A DNA stretch of 64,000 bases from Gnetum montanum (lineage: Eukaryota > Plantae > Gnetophyta). The DNA is taken from assembly GCA_015680685.1 (NCBI GenBank), contig MNCI01003377.1:244760-308759 (forward strand). The letters are read 5' to 3'. Position numbers and translations under genes: made by a program. Below are positions 24,909-37,369 of the stretch, piece after piece. The notes under the pieces are model-generated. The model did no database searches. It worked only from the letters and a program-made list of their open reading frames with translations, and was not told where the DNA came from. The first letter of the stretch is position 1. Each line of letters opens with the position of its first letter.

Positions 24909-27900
24909 TTACTTCTGCAAGTGTTTCCTAATCTTTGAGAGATTAGGAAAAGTGTATGGTCTATTTTTCACAAGCTTATACTCTCTGTCACCTTTACTAA
25001 AGATGTTGAAGGGTAGTTCTCCCCATGGCACATCAATGTGTTCATCATTATTTGCTTCTATTTCTTTGTCCCCATGATTCCTTTTGATTTCATAGCCAAC
25101 AGTGGGAGTTTCTTCTATTGACGTTGTTAACAGCTAAGGATACCATGCTTTCACCATTGATAATTATTTTACCTTCCTTGTATGAGAAGAGGATTTCCTA
25201 GTAAATAGGTGAGGACACAACTCACAATTGGGCTAGCTAAGATCTTCCTAGGATGAAGTTGAATCCTAGTGTCTCTTCTACCACTAAGAAATCTACCGTT
25301 GTATGGAACTATTCCCCTACCACATAATCTTAAGAAATGAAACCTTTGACCACAACCCATGATCTGTTAAAGGATTTAACGGTTGTAATCAAGGTGCATT
25401 ACAGTTTTTTAGTTAGGTCTAGGCATTCAATGATGATATAGGATATGACATGGTTGTCACCCCATCATCTACATATACCATATGTACTTTATATTGGCCA
25501 ATGCGTATGGTTATAAAAAGAGGTGCCTTTGTTACTTTGTCATTTTGGGGGTTTGTCTTACTATTGCAAAACACCAATGATGTTGACTTAAATTCTTTGG
25601 GTGAAGAGGATACCATGACTTCATGGATAGACTCTTTGTTAGTGGGGACATTCTTATTGACAAGAATGGATGTTAACATCTTAACCAATGCCTCATGATG
25701 AGCAGCAAAAGTCATGACTAGGTTGTACAAGCTCAAAGTTTTGTTCTTTTGTTTGAGAAATTGTTTAACTTGTTCCATCACATTAAGGAATTCTTTGTTA
25801 TTGGTTGTTGATTTGTTGTGTTTAACTTTCTCCCTATGTTCCAAAATGCAAACTTCATGCTTGGGTTGTTGTTATGACCTAGCCTTTTTTTTGTCTTCTT
25901 CAAGTTTTGATTCTTCTCATGGTTTACTGGTTGAAGTAGCCTAGGTTGTAAAAGTCATGGGAATAGATGAAATGAAAGTGGGCTTCAGTGAATCCACTTC
26001 CTTCCTTGACTTGGTCTACTTATCAAACTTATTCTTAGCTTTCTACGAAGCCTTCTTCCATTGTTTGGTTAGGGATTTTTTGTTATTCCTAGTTGGTTAT
26101 AAGGAAGAAGACGTTGCATCGACCACCATTTTAGGTTTGTTCCATTGTTAGGGTAGGTTGTTTTGTAGAGGTTTGGGACATCCTAATCACAATGGGTTCT
26201 TTGGGGAGTGCTGGTAATAGTAACCTTACATCAAAGAGGGACCCTTTAGTGGAAGCTATAGGGCCCCTTTCATTTCAAGGAAGCACCCTAATCACAAACG
26301 GTTCTCTTGTAGGCCTTTGATCATCATGGACATCAAACACTGCTATTGTGTACAAGCTATTGTTAGCATTTAGGAGGTCCTTGTATATGTGCATTGACTG
26401 ATTTTGAGGCCTAACAGGATTGGATGTGTCTAATATCAATTCACCCATATCAATCATTCTTTCGAAGTCATCCTTAAGTGTGAGGCAAAAATTAGTATCG
26501 TGACCTAGCAATTGATGGTTGTGGAAAAAGTAGTTGAGCTTAAAGTATTCAAATAATAAAGGTTCATGTTTGGTTACTCAAGTAGGGTCTTTCACTATTT
26601 CACATAACCTATCATGCCTTTTGAGAGCATGCTTAGTCATCTATTTATACTGGATTCTACTGCTCTTCAATAGTTGGTCTAATAACTTTGATGGTTTAAG
26701 GAGTAATTTGGTATAGTTGGATCAGTCTTTCTATTCAACATTATGCCTAGAGGTAGTTGATGTAGTAGCCCCAGAGATTGATGGTAGGTTATCATTGTTG
26801 GTAGCAGGGGCCTTATGTTGGTTATTATTTGGCCCTTGGTTGGTTGGCTTAGTCGCCTTGGTTATAGTTTCTATTTTCATATTATTTCGCCTACCCTTGT
26901 CCTTATCTTTGAATGTATGTTGGTTTTTGTATGCCACATAAGCAGGATTATGGTTGGCTTTAGTGACATCATCTTTGTTCTTAGTCTAGGAAAAGCCTTG
27001 AATAAGAGACTGTGGGTCTAGATAATATAATTTCAATTTCATAAAATCATTAATCATTCCTTTGAAAATACCTACAAGGTGAGTTTCAACTATTGCTCTG
27101 GTATCTTATTGAGTAGAATGTTCCATCACTAGATGAACTTCTACACTAGCTCTAGAGGTCCTTGCTTGACCTTCATTAGTTGATCAAGTGTGGTATTAGG
27201 TTTCAAGTTATACTTGAAATAGTTAACAAATTTTGAAATCAATTTGTCTAAGGAGGATAAGCATCTCATTGACAAGGCATGGTACTAGTCTAAGGCATTT
27301 CTTGCTAAATACATAATGAAAAATATGCATAATTTTATGTGGACATGCTTGTAATAGTAAGAACTTGGAGTGGAAGATGATTAGATGTGCATTTGGATCA
27401 CCTTTTCCATTGTAATTAGTGAACTTTGGTACAAGGACATTGAGGGGAAGAGTTAGTGGTGGGACTATAGGGCTTATGGGGTCATCCTAATCGAAGATCT
27501 TAATCTTTATGATCTAGAAAATTGAGGCTTTGAGTTTTCTTAACTCTTTATTCAAGTCTTGGATCATTTAAAAAGCCTGATCTAGGCCTTGGGATGTCCC
27601 TATTAGTTGTGGGGTTTGGAAAAAGGGTTGAGACATATGTTGTGAGGCTTGTGGCCTCGCTATTGGTTATAAGATGGAAGGGAGCGGTTGTGTCATGGTT
27701 GTAGTCTATGGAAAAAATAAAGAAAAAGATGTTTCTATTAGTATCTAAGGCACAAATAGGACAAAAGGGGTATGCAACCCCTAAGTTTCATGGGGTCCCA
27801 CTGTGGGCCACATCTAGATGATGGGGGTTAGCAATGGTAACAACCACCAATGATGGCTGCATAGTTTGAGGCTATGTAGTAGATGACATGGAGAAGTGAA

Positions 27901-28500
27901 AGGTTGTGGATTGTGACACTGAGTGTACTTGGTGTGCAACTATAACGGGCGTAGGACTAGCTATAGTATGGTAGGAGGGGGTAGAATATGGCAACACCAT
28001 GCCCATGAAGAAGACAAATCCATTTGGGGAAGGCTTAGTGGACTTGGGGATTGCTTGTTGGAACAATCCTCTCAAGAGGTTCTTGGGCTTAGATTCTGTC
28101 CTAAACTCATCCTTCTCTTCCTATTTCTCCTCTAAACAATGCTTTTCATCCTCATCCTCTATCTCAATTAATTGAGCTAGGATGCCAACATAGATGTCAT
28201 TGCGAAGAATTTGGTCATATGGGAAAGGGATATATTCTTTCCCATTTCAATGTATGAGCTAAAACACTCTTTTGACTTCTACTTCTAGACATGGAATTAT
28301 CATGCTAGCATACATCTTAGCACTAATTTAGTTGTATCAATCTTCATTTATGGTTTAGAAGTTAACACATTTTTTATTAACCCTTAAAGACTACCTACAC
28401 TCCATGATAGCAAGGTCCTTGGGGTCATACATCTTCATGGCTTGTTGGCTAGACCCATCATTAGTGAGTGTGAAAGGTAGCTTGGTCGATTATTGGAAAG
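24909..28500 (-). pseudogene. T1 gag-protease
   Basis: PKFTNYNGKGDPNAHL (~27380-27430), HQLLGHDTNFCLTLK (~26480-26520), protease PLFITIRIGQYKVHMVYVDDG (~25460-25520) and DFLVVEETLGFNFILGRS. The frame ends ..KIRKHLQK* at ~24909. Confidence 0.85.
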
Positions 28501-28843
28501 ACATGTTGTAAGTAGTACTTTTTGGCATATTTATTATTCTTAGTAAAAATGTGGTAAGTAGGATAAACTACTGTCATAGTAGGCTAAAAATGGAAAGGCA
28601 ATATGAAATGGCTACTAAGCAGAAATAGATGTCATAATAGGAATGGGGTTTAACAGAATGGCATTGAATGGAAATGGTTTAAATAGTAGTCAATCATCTA
28701 CTACCAGTGTAGTTTCCAACTACTATGAGTGTAGTCAATCAACTACTATCAACGTAGTTCACTAACTATTGTCAACATAGTCAGTGAACTACTTCCAATG
28801 TAGTTGCCAAGTACCATTAGTGCTTGATAGGAAAATGAGCTTT

Positions 28844-29113
28844 AATAGAATGGATGTTGTAGTAGATGGGAAATTTGTGGCAAAACTTGATGAAATGGAT
28901 GTTGCAGTAGATGGAAAATTCATAGCAAGACTCAATAGAATGGATGTTGTAGTAGATAGAAAATTTGTAGCAAAACCTAATGGAATGAGTGATGCTATAG
29001 ATGAAAAATTCATAGAAAAATTCAACAGAATGGATGTTGCAATAGATGAGAAATTTGTAGAAAAACCCAATGAAATAGATGTTGTAGTAGATAGAAAATT
29101 CATAGCAAAACCC
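28844..29113. repeat. 45-bp tandem repeat, 6 copies, in the T1 5'UTR
   Basis: 15-aa periodicity in ORF 28784-29164 (NRMDVVVDGKFVAKL). Confidence 0.9.
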
Positions 29114-29196
29114 AACTCTACTACCACTGCCACACAAAGGCATGATGATGAAAAAAATAGTTGAAATAAGTTTATGACAAAGAATTTTGGCTGTGG

Positions 29197-29213
29197 CCCT
29201 CTTTCTAGTACTA
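29197..29213 (-). promoter_or_regulatory. Primer binding site of T1, tRNA-Asn type
   Basis: TAGTACTAGAAAGAGGG on (-) is TGGCGCTAGAAGGAGGG with four transitions. It lies 6 nt from the LTR end. Confidence 0.75.
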
Positions 29214-29219
29214 ACAAAC

Positions 29220-31119
29220 TATTGGATATAGAAATCTCAATTGCTAGAATGAAAAACTAAAATATCTAAGAGCCAGAATTTTTTTAACCCTAAGTCCCAA
29301 GGGCCTTTGGAAAATCGAACTCAAGGTACCCTAAAGGATCTTTTTGATCCTCCAAGGACTTACAAAGTGTACAATGGAAGTGGTTTTGAAATTGTGAACA
29401 TAAATGGCAACATAGATAGAAGTAGCTTACTAAAATGACCTACTAAAAACATTGACAGAGATGGCCTACTAAAAATGACAATGGAAAATGAAATTATAGT
29501 TACAAAAATAAGTGTAGAGATAGAAATGAAAAATAAATTTTCATAACATAAACCAAAAAATTTATCAAAGAATATAAAAGAGATTAAGTTCATGGTGTAC
29601 AAATTTGTGCCAAGGGCATAGATGTTGCTCACTGAAGCTTGAAGTCCATTGGAGAAGGTTGCCTTCATGATTTGGTTCATTCCCAATTTTGGCCTACTAC
29701 AACTTTTCATTAATTTTCATCCAATTTGCTATGTGTAAATGGGATTAACGTTGCACATTTAGGGCAATGGAAACTACATGGAGGTCTCTATTTCCAACAT
29801 AGTTCCAGTTTCTACAACCAAATGGCACTATAGGGTGAGGATGTGATAGCTACAATGGATTTTGATGACTACCAATGGAGATGGAAATGGAATAGGGTCT
29901 ACACTTTTAGTAGTAATGACAATTACATGGGGGTGTTTATGCCCAACATAGTGTCAATTTCTACTGCTAAAAATGTAGTTGGGTTGCAAATGGATTTGAT
30001 AAGTAACAAAAATGGTCATGAAAGATGGGTAAATGGTGTTGCTACAAAATGATTTTGAAATGCCAAGGTGCCAAAGTTCCAAGAGCTTGGAACTACTTTA
30101 TGATATGCAAAATTCCAAAATTCAAAATAGGTGTGACTACCAAAAAAGATACATGAAGTTTGAACTTGCTATATGGTATGCAAAATGCCAAAAATTTAGA
30201 ACCTAGAAATGGTGTCAACCTTGGGCTTTTATAGCTTAGGATTTTCATTTTTGGGACTACCATTGATTGCTACCAAATTGGCATTAATTATGGGTTGCAA
30301 TAGTTACTACTACCATCATAGTCAGCTAACTGCTACTAGCATCGTTAGCCAACTACTACTTAGTGTAGTCATCCAACTACTACCAATGTAGTCAACCAAC
30401 TACTGCTCAACATAGTTGGTCATCTATTTCCAACATAATTAGCCAACTACTGCTTAGCGTAGTTGGTCATCTATTGCTAGCATAGTTGTCATTTTTGTTA
30501 TGTCTGGAATGGACTACACCCACAAAATCCAGCTATTTACTGTAAATAGTAAATAGGCTTTTGCAACTATGCTAAAGGCTTTGGAAATGAAAAATGTTAT
30601 AGTAGACAGAAAGATGAATGGAAACTATAAAACTAGTGAAACCCATTCTAAAAAGTGTTGTTTATGTTGGCTATTATTACCTTCGAATGACTACGCTAGT
30701 TGTTGTTGAAGAAATGGCCATGCTAACAATTCCAACATTGCACTTCTATTGGATCTTGGTGGTAACTATGGTAACTACTATAGCTACTATGACTACTATA
30801 GCTATTGAGCCTACTAAAGCTACTTAGCCTACTTCAAATGGCTCCAAAATAGTTAGGGCTATACCTCTACAAAATCCATGGAAAGGAAAATTTTATCCAT
30901 TTCCAAGGCATTTTTAGCCTTCCCAAGCCCAGATATACACATTAGGTACTCTTTTCCACTTAGGAAGTACGACAATAATAACATTTGAAGCATTTTTCAA
31001 TCTCAAAAAGTTGAAATATGCAAGATTGTAGCTTATGTACTACATGTATTACATTTACAATGAAACTTTTCCTCAAGCTAAAAAATGGGATTCATAACAT
31101 GAATTTTGATGATGTTTCA
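29220..31119 (-). repeat. 5' LTR of T1
   Basis: Collinear with 13266-15239 and adjacent to the PBS. Confidence 0.92.
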
Positions 31120-31667
31120 TGTAGCATCATCTTATTTATTCTTCCAAAATTGATATACTCTCCCTAAATATCATTCATCGTTACATAAGAGTGTGGGATA
31201 AAGAGGAGAGGCTTGGAGATTCTCTCAAACATTAGTAGGGGCAAACTTCTTGAATGATCCAAAGTGGAGTTCCACTATGAACATGGAGATAATAGATTTT
31301 CCTTACATGGCTTGAAGGCATTTATTTGACAGTGTGAGATGTTCTTCTTCTTCTTGAGCTAGTAGTGCATCAACTTCATCTTGTGTGGATTTCCCTATCA
31401 TGCATGTAGGATGATGGAAATTGTAGGATTGGACCTCTTTCTCAGCATGTAGAGTTTTCTCTCTAGCTTGTCCATTTCCTCAGGGTTTCCTATTTCTTTG
31501 TTATGAGGATCCTTCTCCTATGGGTCTTTTGGGAACCATCTACAATCATAAAGAATTCACCTATGATTACCTAAGGATTTTAAATAAATTCCTAACAATT
31601 TATAATCCTCTCTCAAGTTCTTGAATTTAATCCAAATCTATCCTTGTTATTACTTTTTAGCTCTTAT

Positions 31668-32732
31668 TGAAGATCAAAAACTTATAAGAGGGGTTGAATA
31701 AGTTCCACTAATCAAGATGAAAGCTACATATAAATGTGCATGGCTTCCTAACTTGGGTATGTCTACACTCAAAGGGTAGAATCCTTACACACCTCTAGAC
31801 TTTATTTTTCAAAAATGTGATTTCAATAACATGATAACCTTTACAAAGTTTTAGTTCTATAAGGAGTGCTTTCACACATAAACACACCTAATTCTACAAG
31901 GTTCCAACAAGCTTAAAATGTGGTTTTAAGAATCCCATAACCTATACAATAACTTGAGCTTTGCATAGGTTGTTTTCACTCAAGAAATATACGTAACCTT
32001 GCAAGGTTCCAACAAGCTTAAGAGATGTCTTCCTACAAGGAGCACATCATCCCTATAGGGCTTACAAAGAAAGAAAGAAAGATTAAGAAAAGAATGTACT
32101 CAAATTATAGATTCCTTACTTTGAGGCACTCAGCTAATATAATACAACTCACAAAGATATAGAAATATAGTACAAGCAATTCCACATGATGTAAATAATG
32201 ATGAAAATATTCATGTGAATAGTAATTACTCTTTTCATAAAGATATTGTCTCTTTTATAGCCTTTGCTATTGCCAAATGCTTGTTGGAGTTTGTATAATG
32301 ATTAGAAAATGGCTAGTAGTTATGTCTCATTATAGCTTGAAATGTCTTACTAACTTTATGATGCTTGCAAGTGGAACATCTTACATGAGGCATCTTAACT
32401 AGGATGTCTCAACTACACTTGAGACATCTATTATTTTTTTGGAATTCCGTACTTGAGATATGGGATTTTTTATAGGGACATCTGCTATTTCTTTGGGACA
32501 TCTTGATAACTGCTAGAACATCTTCTTTTAACTTCTATACATTGTGCATGCTTATGAATTTTTTCCAAACTCTTGTAATCTTGATTGAGACTTTTTCACT
32601 TCAACTTGATAACTTAGCTCTCATTTTGGTCTCAAAATTCTCTTATCTTGATCTGATCATGATCTTGCAAGATCACACACACACTTTCCAAATATCCATT
32701 TCCCAAGGTTTTGAGATACCAAGAGGTCAATA
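31668..32732 (-). repeat. 3' LTR of C2
   Basis: Collinear with 50342-51418. GGGACATCTC motif cluster at 32320-32520 and TATA at 32253-32260 (-). Confidence 0.92.
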
Positions 32733-33250
32733 ATCTTCCCCTTTTTCATGATGTTCAAAACTTAAGAAAATGGATTAGCATAATAACATAATATCATATG
32801 ATAAGCAAACTTGTAAATGAACCTATGGCAACAAGGATTCAAGAGGAGATGAAAAATAGTTAATGGGCACATATTCATTAGCCATGATTTCAAGGGGCTA
32901 CATAAGAAATGATCACATCAAAAACTACCCAATCCTATCCAACAAGCACATATAATCCATAAAGCATGTAAGCATAGCTATTCAAACAATATCTCCAACA
33001 TAAACCAAAACCCTCATAACCTATCTCCAAAAGTATACCATATACCAAGTCTAACAAAAATGTAATAATTAATCTAAAATAAAATAAACAAATCATTGTC
33101 TCAAATAACAACATGCATTACATCCATAAATATACCAAGTCTTAGCATGACAATAGAATGTAACTGATACCACACTCATGAAAATAAAACTCTCCCCCTT
33201 TTGGACATCACCCAAAAGGAGGGGATCAAGTGAAGTCCCTAACCGTTGAC

Positions 33251-34905
33251 TTATGTATCATCATCATCAACTGAGTTTGATGTTGCACATGTGGGCCTAT
33301 ATGTCTCCTCTTCATCATCATCATTACTACTGGTTCTAGAGCTCACTACTAGTGTTAAAGCTAGAGACATGTTGCTTATCCTCACCTTTCAAAGAAAATA
33401 GTGCAAATGGAGCTCATTTGGGTCAAAGCTTCATCCAAAATTAAGATGATGAAGGAGGATGAGATGGACGTTTCTTGGAAGATGATGGAATGCCTTTCTG
33501 CTAGTATATTTTGGGAGCTACTTACTTTCATTAAGTTGCTACACCAAAGATACTCTTCATTACATGTTGCTCAAAATATTGTGATGAATCCTTACTCCTA
33601 AAATATTTGGAGAGTCCTTCAAAAGACTTTCCTAGTATAAATGCACTTGGTCTTGGCTACTCGATGGGAGGAAAGGGCTCCTCCTAGGCATGAGCTTGTG
33701 GTGCTACTAGATCCTCTAAATCTAATTCAATTCCTAAATCATATGCATGTAATTATTCTATTGCTTTAGAATGTCTAGCTGGTGTTAATGCATATTTTTC
33801 ATTATTTATTTAATGAGGATTTGTAATCTCCTCAAACTACTAATCATCCAAAGGAGGGGGAAGAACAACTGTATATATTTTCTTATGAAGGTAAGAGAGA
33901 TTTCTTTCTGTCTTCCCCATAGTTTTTGCAAGGGCTCATAAGACCTTCTTCAAGGAAGATTCTACCCATGCACTAACTAATTTCAACCTTCTTAGTTAAC
34001 GTGAGGTCCAAGGTGAAGAAGATTATTTCTTTTTACATGCCTAGAATGACAAAGAGGCTTCTAATTCAATATGAGTAGTACTCCTCTTTTCAAAGTACTT
34101 AGCAAGACTCTTCCATTTAAGAAGGGTCAAATCTAAAATAGGAACATCCACCTGATGAATAAGTAGGTTAATCAGGAAAGGATGTTTGTAAATCTTCTCA
34201 TGGGTAAACATCTCTAGCATATCCCTAAAAATGATATGACCCAAGTCTAATGGTTGCTAGGTTAATATATAATATAGTACAAATGCTTAACAAGGAAGTA
34301 AATAATCATATCTTCCCCTTTTCATAATGATATTGTACATAACAATGAGGAATAGAGTAGAAGCTTCTTGCAACATCTATTGTCTATACACTTTTCCACT
34401 CCTTAAGGAAACTAAACTACCAAATATGGCATTATAGAACTCATCATGAGACACTAGGATAGTCACATTTGTAAAAACATCTTCCATAGAATGAATAACA
34501 ACTTGGTGCACATCAGAACTAGAAACTTTAAGAAGGGCATTCACAACTTGTGAAGAAATTTTAAGAGTAGTATCCCCAACTAAAGAAGTAAACATCCTAA
34601 AATTAGTATTTGTAATCATAATATTGTTGTAAAATTCTCTAACCAAAACCTCTGATATGCAAAAATACATAAATACAATGGATGCCCATCCAATTGCCTT
34701 GAAATAAGAAATGAACACTTTCTGAAGATGCTGTTGAAAGATAAGATTCCATTCATTGATAATGGAAATAGAGGGACTTACCTCAAATCTATGTTGAGCA
34801 TCTATTATGAAAAAATCAAGTTAATAGGAGTTGGACCAACTTGTAGATGCACTTTTAACACCTTTTGACTTATAAGGAGGCTATCTTGATGTACCAACCT
34901 TCATA
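33251..34905 (-). pseudogene. C2 accessory (env-like) ORF with putative plant transposon protein (Transposase_32-like) domain
   Basis: FKAIGWASIV..SEVLVREFYNNI..VGDTTLKISSQVVNALL; PLDLGHIIFRDM..HPFLINLLI; acidic C-terminus. Family assignment comes from motif recall only. Confidence 0.7.
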
Positions 34906-35339
34906 TGTTTTATGGATTCAAGTTACATAAAGTGGAGTTGTAGTAGAGGTAAGGCCCTACTCAACTATGCTTGGATATCTAAGTCTTGAAGTGGAATGAG
35001 AAAAAAGAAAAAATGATTGATTAGTTTAAATAGGTAATGTTCTCAATAGGGTTAATGATGTGCATGAGAAATCTCAAGGAAAAGTAATATGTCTTACCTG
35101 AGTCAAGCCTAAACATAGTGAGACATCTCAATTTTGATTGGGACATCTCAAGTGAGAAGTCCCATTGTTTTGGGAGATGTTTCAAGCAATAGATAATGTA
35201 TGAGCAGAGTGATTGGTTTGGGGACTTTTTGGGGGCTTTTCAATGAATGCTGCCAAGGATAATTATAACAAGAAAAGCTAAAACAAGTATCATACCTATA
35301 ACATAATGCAATTCAAGGAAAAATATCCATGCTTATCTT

Positions 35340-36432
35340 TCTTGCACTAAGGAGGTGATATGCTCAAGTGGATTTACCATGAGGTTCTCTCTTTATAATC
35401 CCTCTATAATCATGGGATATTTCTTACTTCCCTAATATTTTTTCCTTCCTTTTGGAGTTCTTTATGATCAAATGGAAAGTGTGGGTACTTGTTTCTTCTT
35501 CTTCCTTCTTTAACTTGACACTTCAAATATTTTTAACATGCAAGGAACTCTTACTGGGCATCTTTTGAGAAGACCAAGGAGTCATGTTATAGTATGTCAT
35601 TTTTAATTGACAACATGATTGTTCATGCCCATCCTTTCTGCAATAATAACATTGATTTTTCTTATTTAGGTAAGATGATCAAACCTTGGTGTATACTTCC
35701 ATTTGGGTGAAGTACTTGAGGATTATTCATTTTGTGAATGATTTCCAAATCCACTCTTATCATTTGAATTTCATCCTTATCTCAACATAAGTTGTAGAGT
35801 CTCTTTTCCTTTTTTAAGTATTTCATTGATAAACTTTATATTTGCAAGTTCTTTGGCAATCTGCTCATGGAAAGATGTAAGTCTTTGATTCGTAGCCCTT
35901 AGATCTAAATTTTTCTTTGTGAGATCTATGAATTTCTAATTTATTTAAGGTAGTTTTAATTCTTTATCTTTAAAGGACTTTTTCATCTTAATACATAGAC
36001 TTTGAAAGAAAATAATTTCATTGCATCTTAAATCACACCTTTCCTCAAGTGTATCTTCAGATTCTTTAATTTTCAATGTGGAATCTTCATGAGTAAAGTG
36101 CAAACAAATAAGATGTGATCCTATGGATGTGACATTCATTTCCTCTTTATTGTAATTCTCATCCCAACTTGTGTATAGTTTTTTATCTTTCTTTTTAACT
36201 TTGGATGGTCCTTCTTTTGTAACTTGCCAACACTTGAACATTTGGAGGTCACATGACCTCTACCATCACAAATCCAACATTCTATAAAAGATGCATCAAG
36301 ATTAGAATTTTTAAAATGTTTACCTTTTTCTTTACCCTTGATGTTGATTTGATCGAAGATCATTGCTTTCTATGCTAGTAGTCTTTGAACCCTTCTTGAT
36401 AAGAGAGCTAGTTCATCTTCACTATTTACTTC
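35340..36432 (-). pseudogene. C2 gag C-terminal half with two zinc knuckles
   Basis: CWICDGRGHVTSKC at 36238-36279 and CYYCRKDGHEQSCC at 35610-35651, separated by a coiled-coil-like stretch. Confidence 0.85.
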
Positions 36433-36437
36433 ATGAT

Positions 36438-37298
36438 TGATGAGTGGTGAGGTCCCCTCTACCCAACCATATGAATCACAAGGTGTTCATGCACGATCTA
36501 GTTGAATTCAGTGGACTTCATCATTTCCAGTTCTCTAGCCCTTTTGGAAGTGAATCTAGCCTTAAAGTCAATCGTTGTCTTCCCAATTACACTTGTGATG
36601 TTCGTTGGTATGGTTAAGTGTTACTGAGGTATTTGATTTCTATCATTTTTTATGTTTTATAGATTGGTGCTCAAATATGAATAATAGTAATTTGATTAAC
36701 TAATATAAATTAACTAATTTACTAGCATTTAACTAATCCTAACATAAGTATCTATTTCCACTTTTCGTACACGTCCTAAACCCACATATCTACTACTAGG
36801 TGACCAAGTGCTATGCTATTGGGCATACCAAGCAATAATTCTGCTAGAATTACCAAGCAATAACACTACTGGGATTACCAAGTGAATATGTGTTATGCTC
36901 AAAGTAGTCATACTTTTGTATTTAATTTATCTAGATTAATAACCTCATTATCTCAATTACTAGAAAATACTTGCAAAATAATTAAGAACAATTAACAAAT
37001 AATTAAAAACATTGAATGCATAAATAAAATAGCTAATCTATCCAAAGTGCTACAAGATTTATCAGAAGGCTCATCTTTATTGCTACACACACTATTATGC
37101 TTAGGTACAACAATGTTCAAATAAAGATCCATATACTCAATGACTCTTGCTACAGGCACTTAAAGAAAAAATTCTAACTTTTGAATGGAAAAAATGCAAG
37201 ATCTCTACTACTATCAAAATTTAGATTGCCATAATGTGGCTTTTAGGCACATATTTATAGGCAACAGACAAACACTACATCGATGGGGCCTCATCGAT
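36438..37298 (-). repeat. 3' LTR of A3, truncated (U3 start and PPT deleted)
   Basis: Matches 48666-~49502, then similarity stops abruptly. Confidence 0.88.
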
Positions 37299-37369
37299 AG
37301 GTGTATGAATCAACACATTACAAAAATGATGGTGTTCAAGACATAAAATTAAATACCATGATACAACTC

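Larger units (their letters stand above)
13266..31119 (-). mobile_element. T1: full-length Tat-clade (Ogre/Retand-type) Ty3/Gypsy retrotransposon, ~17.9 kb, degenerate
   Basis: Two alignable LTRs, TSD TATAG (13261-13265) / TGTAG (31120-31124), PBS and PPT. Domain order gag-PR // RT-RH-aRH-INT. Confidence 0.93.

Noticed and set aside
28784-29217. Repeat protein encoded in three overlapping frames
   Set aside because: A 45-bp tandem repeat in the 5'UTR keeps frames open by chance; there is no other coding evidence.
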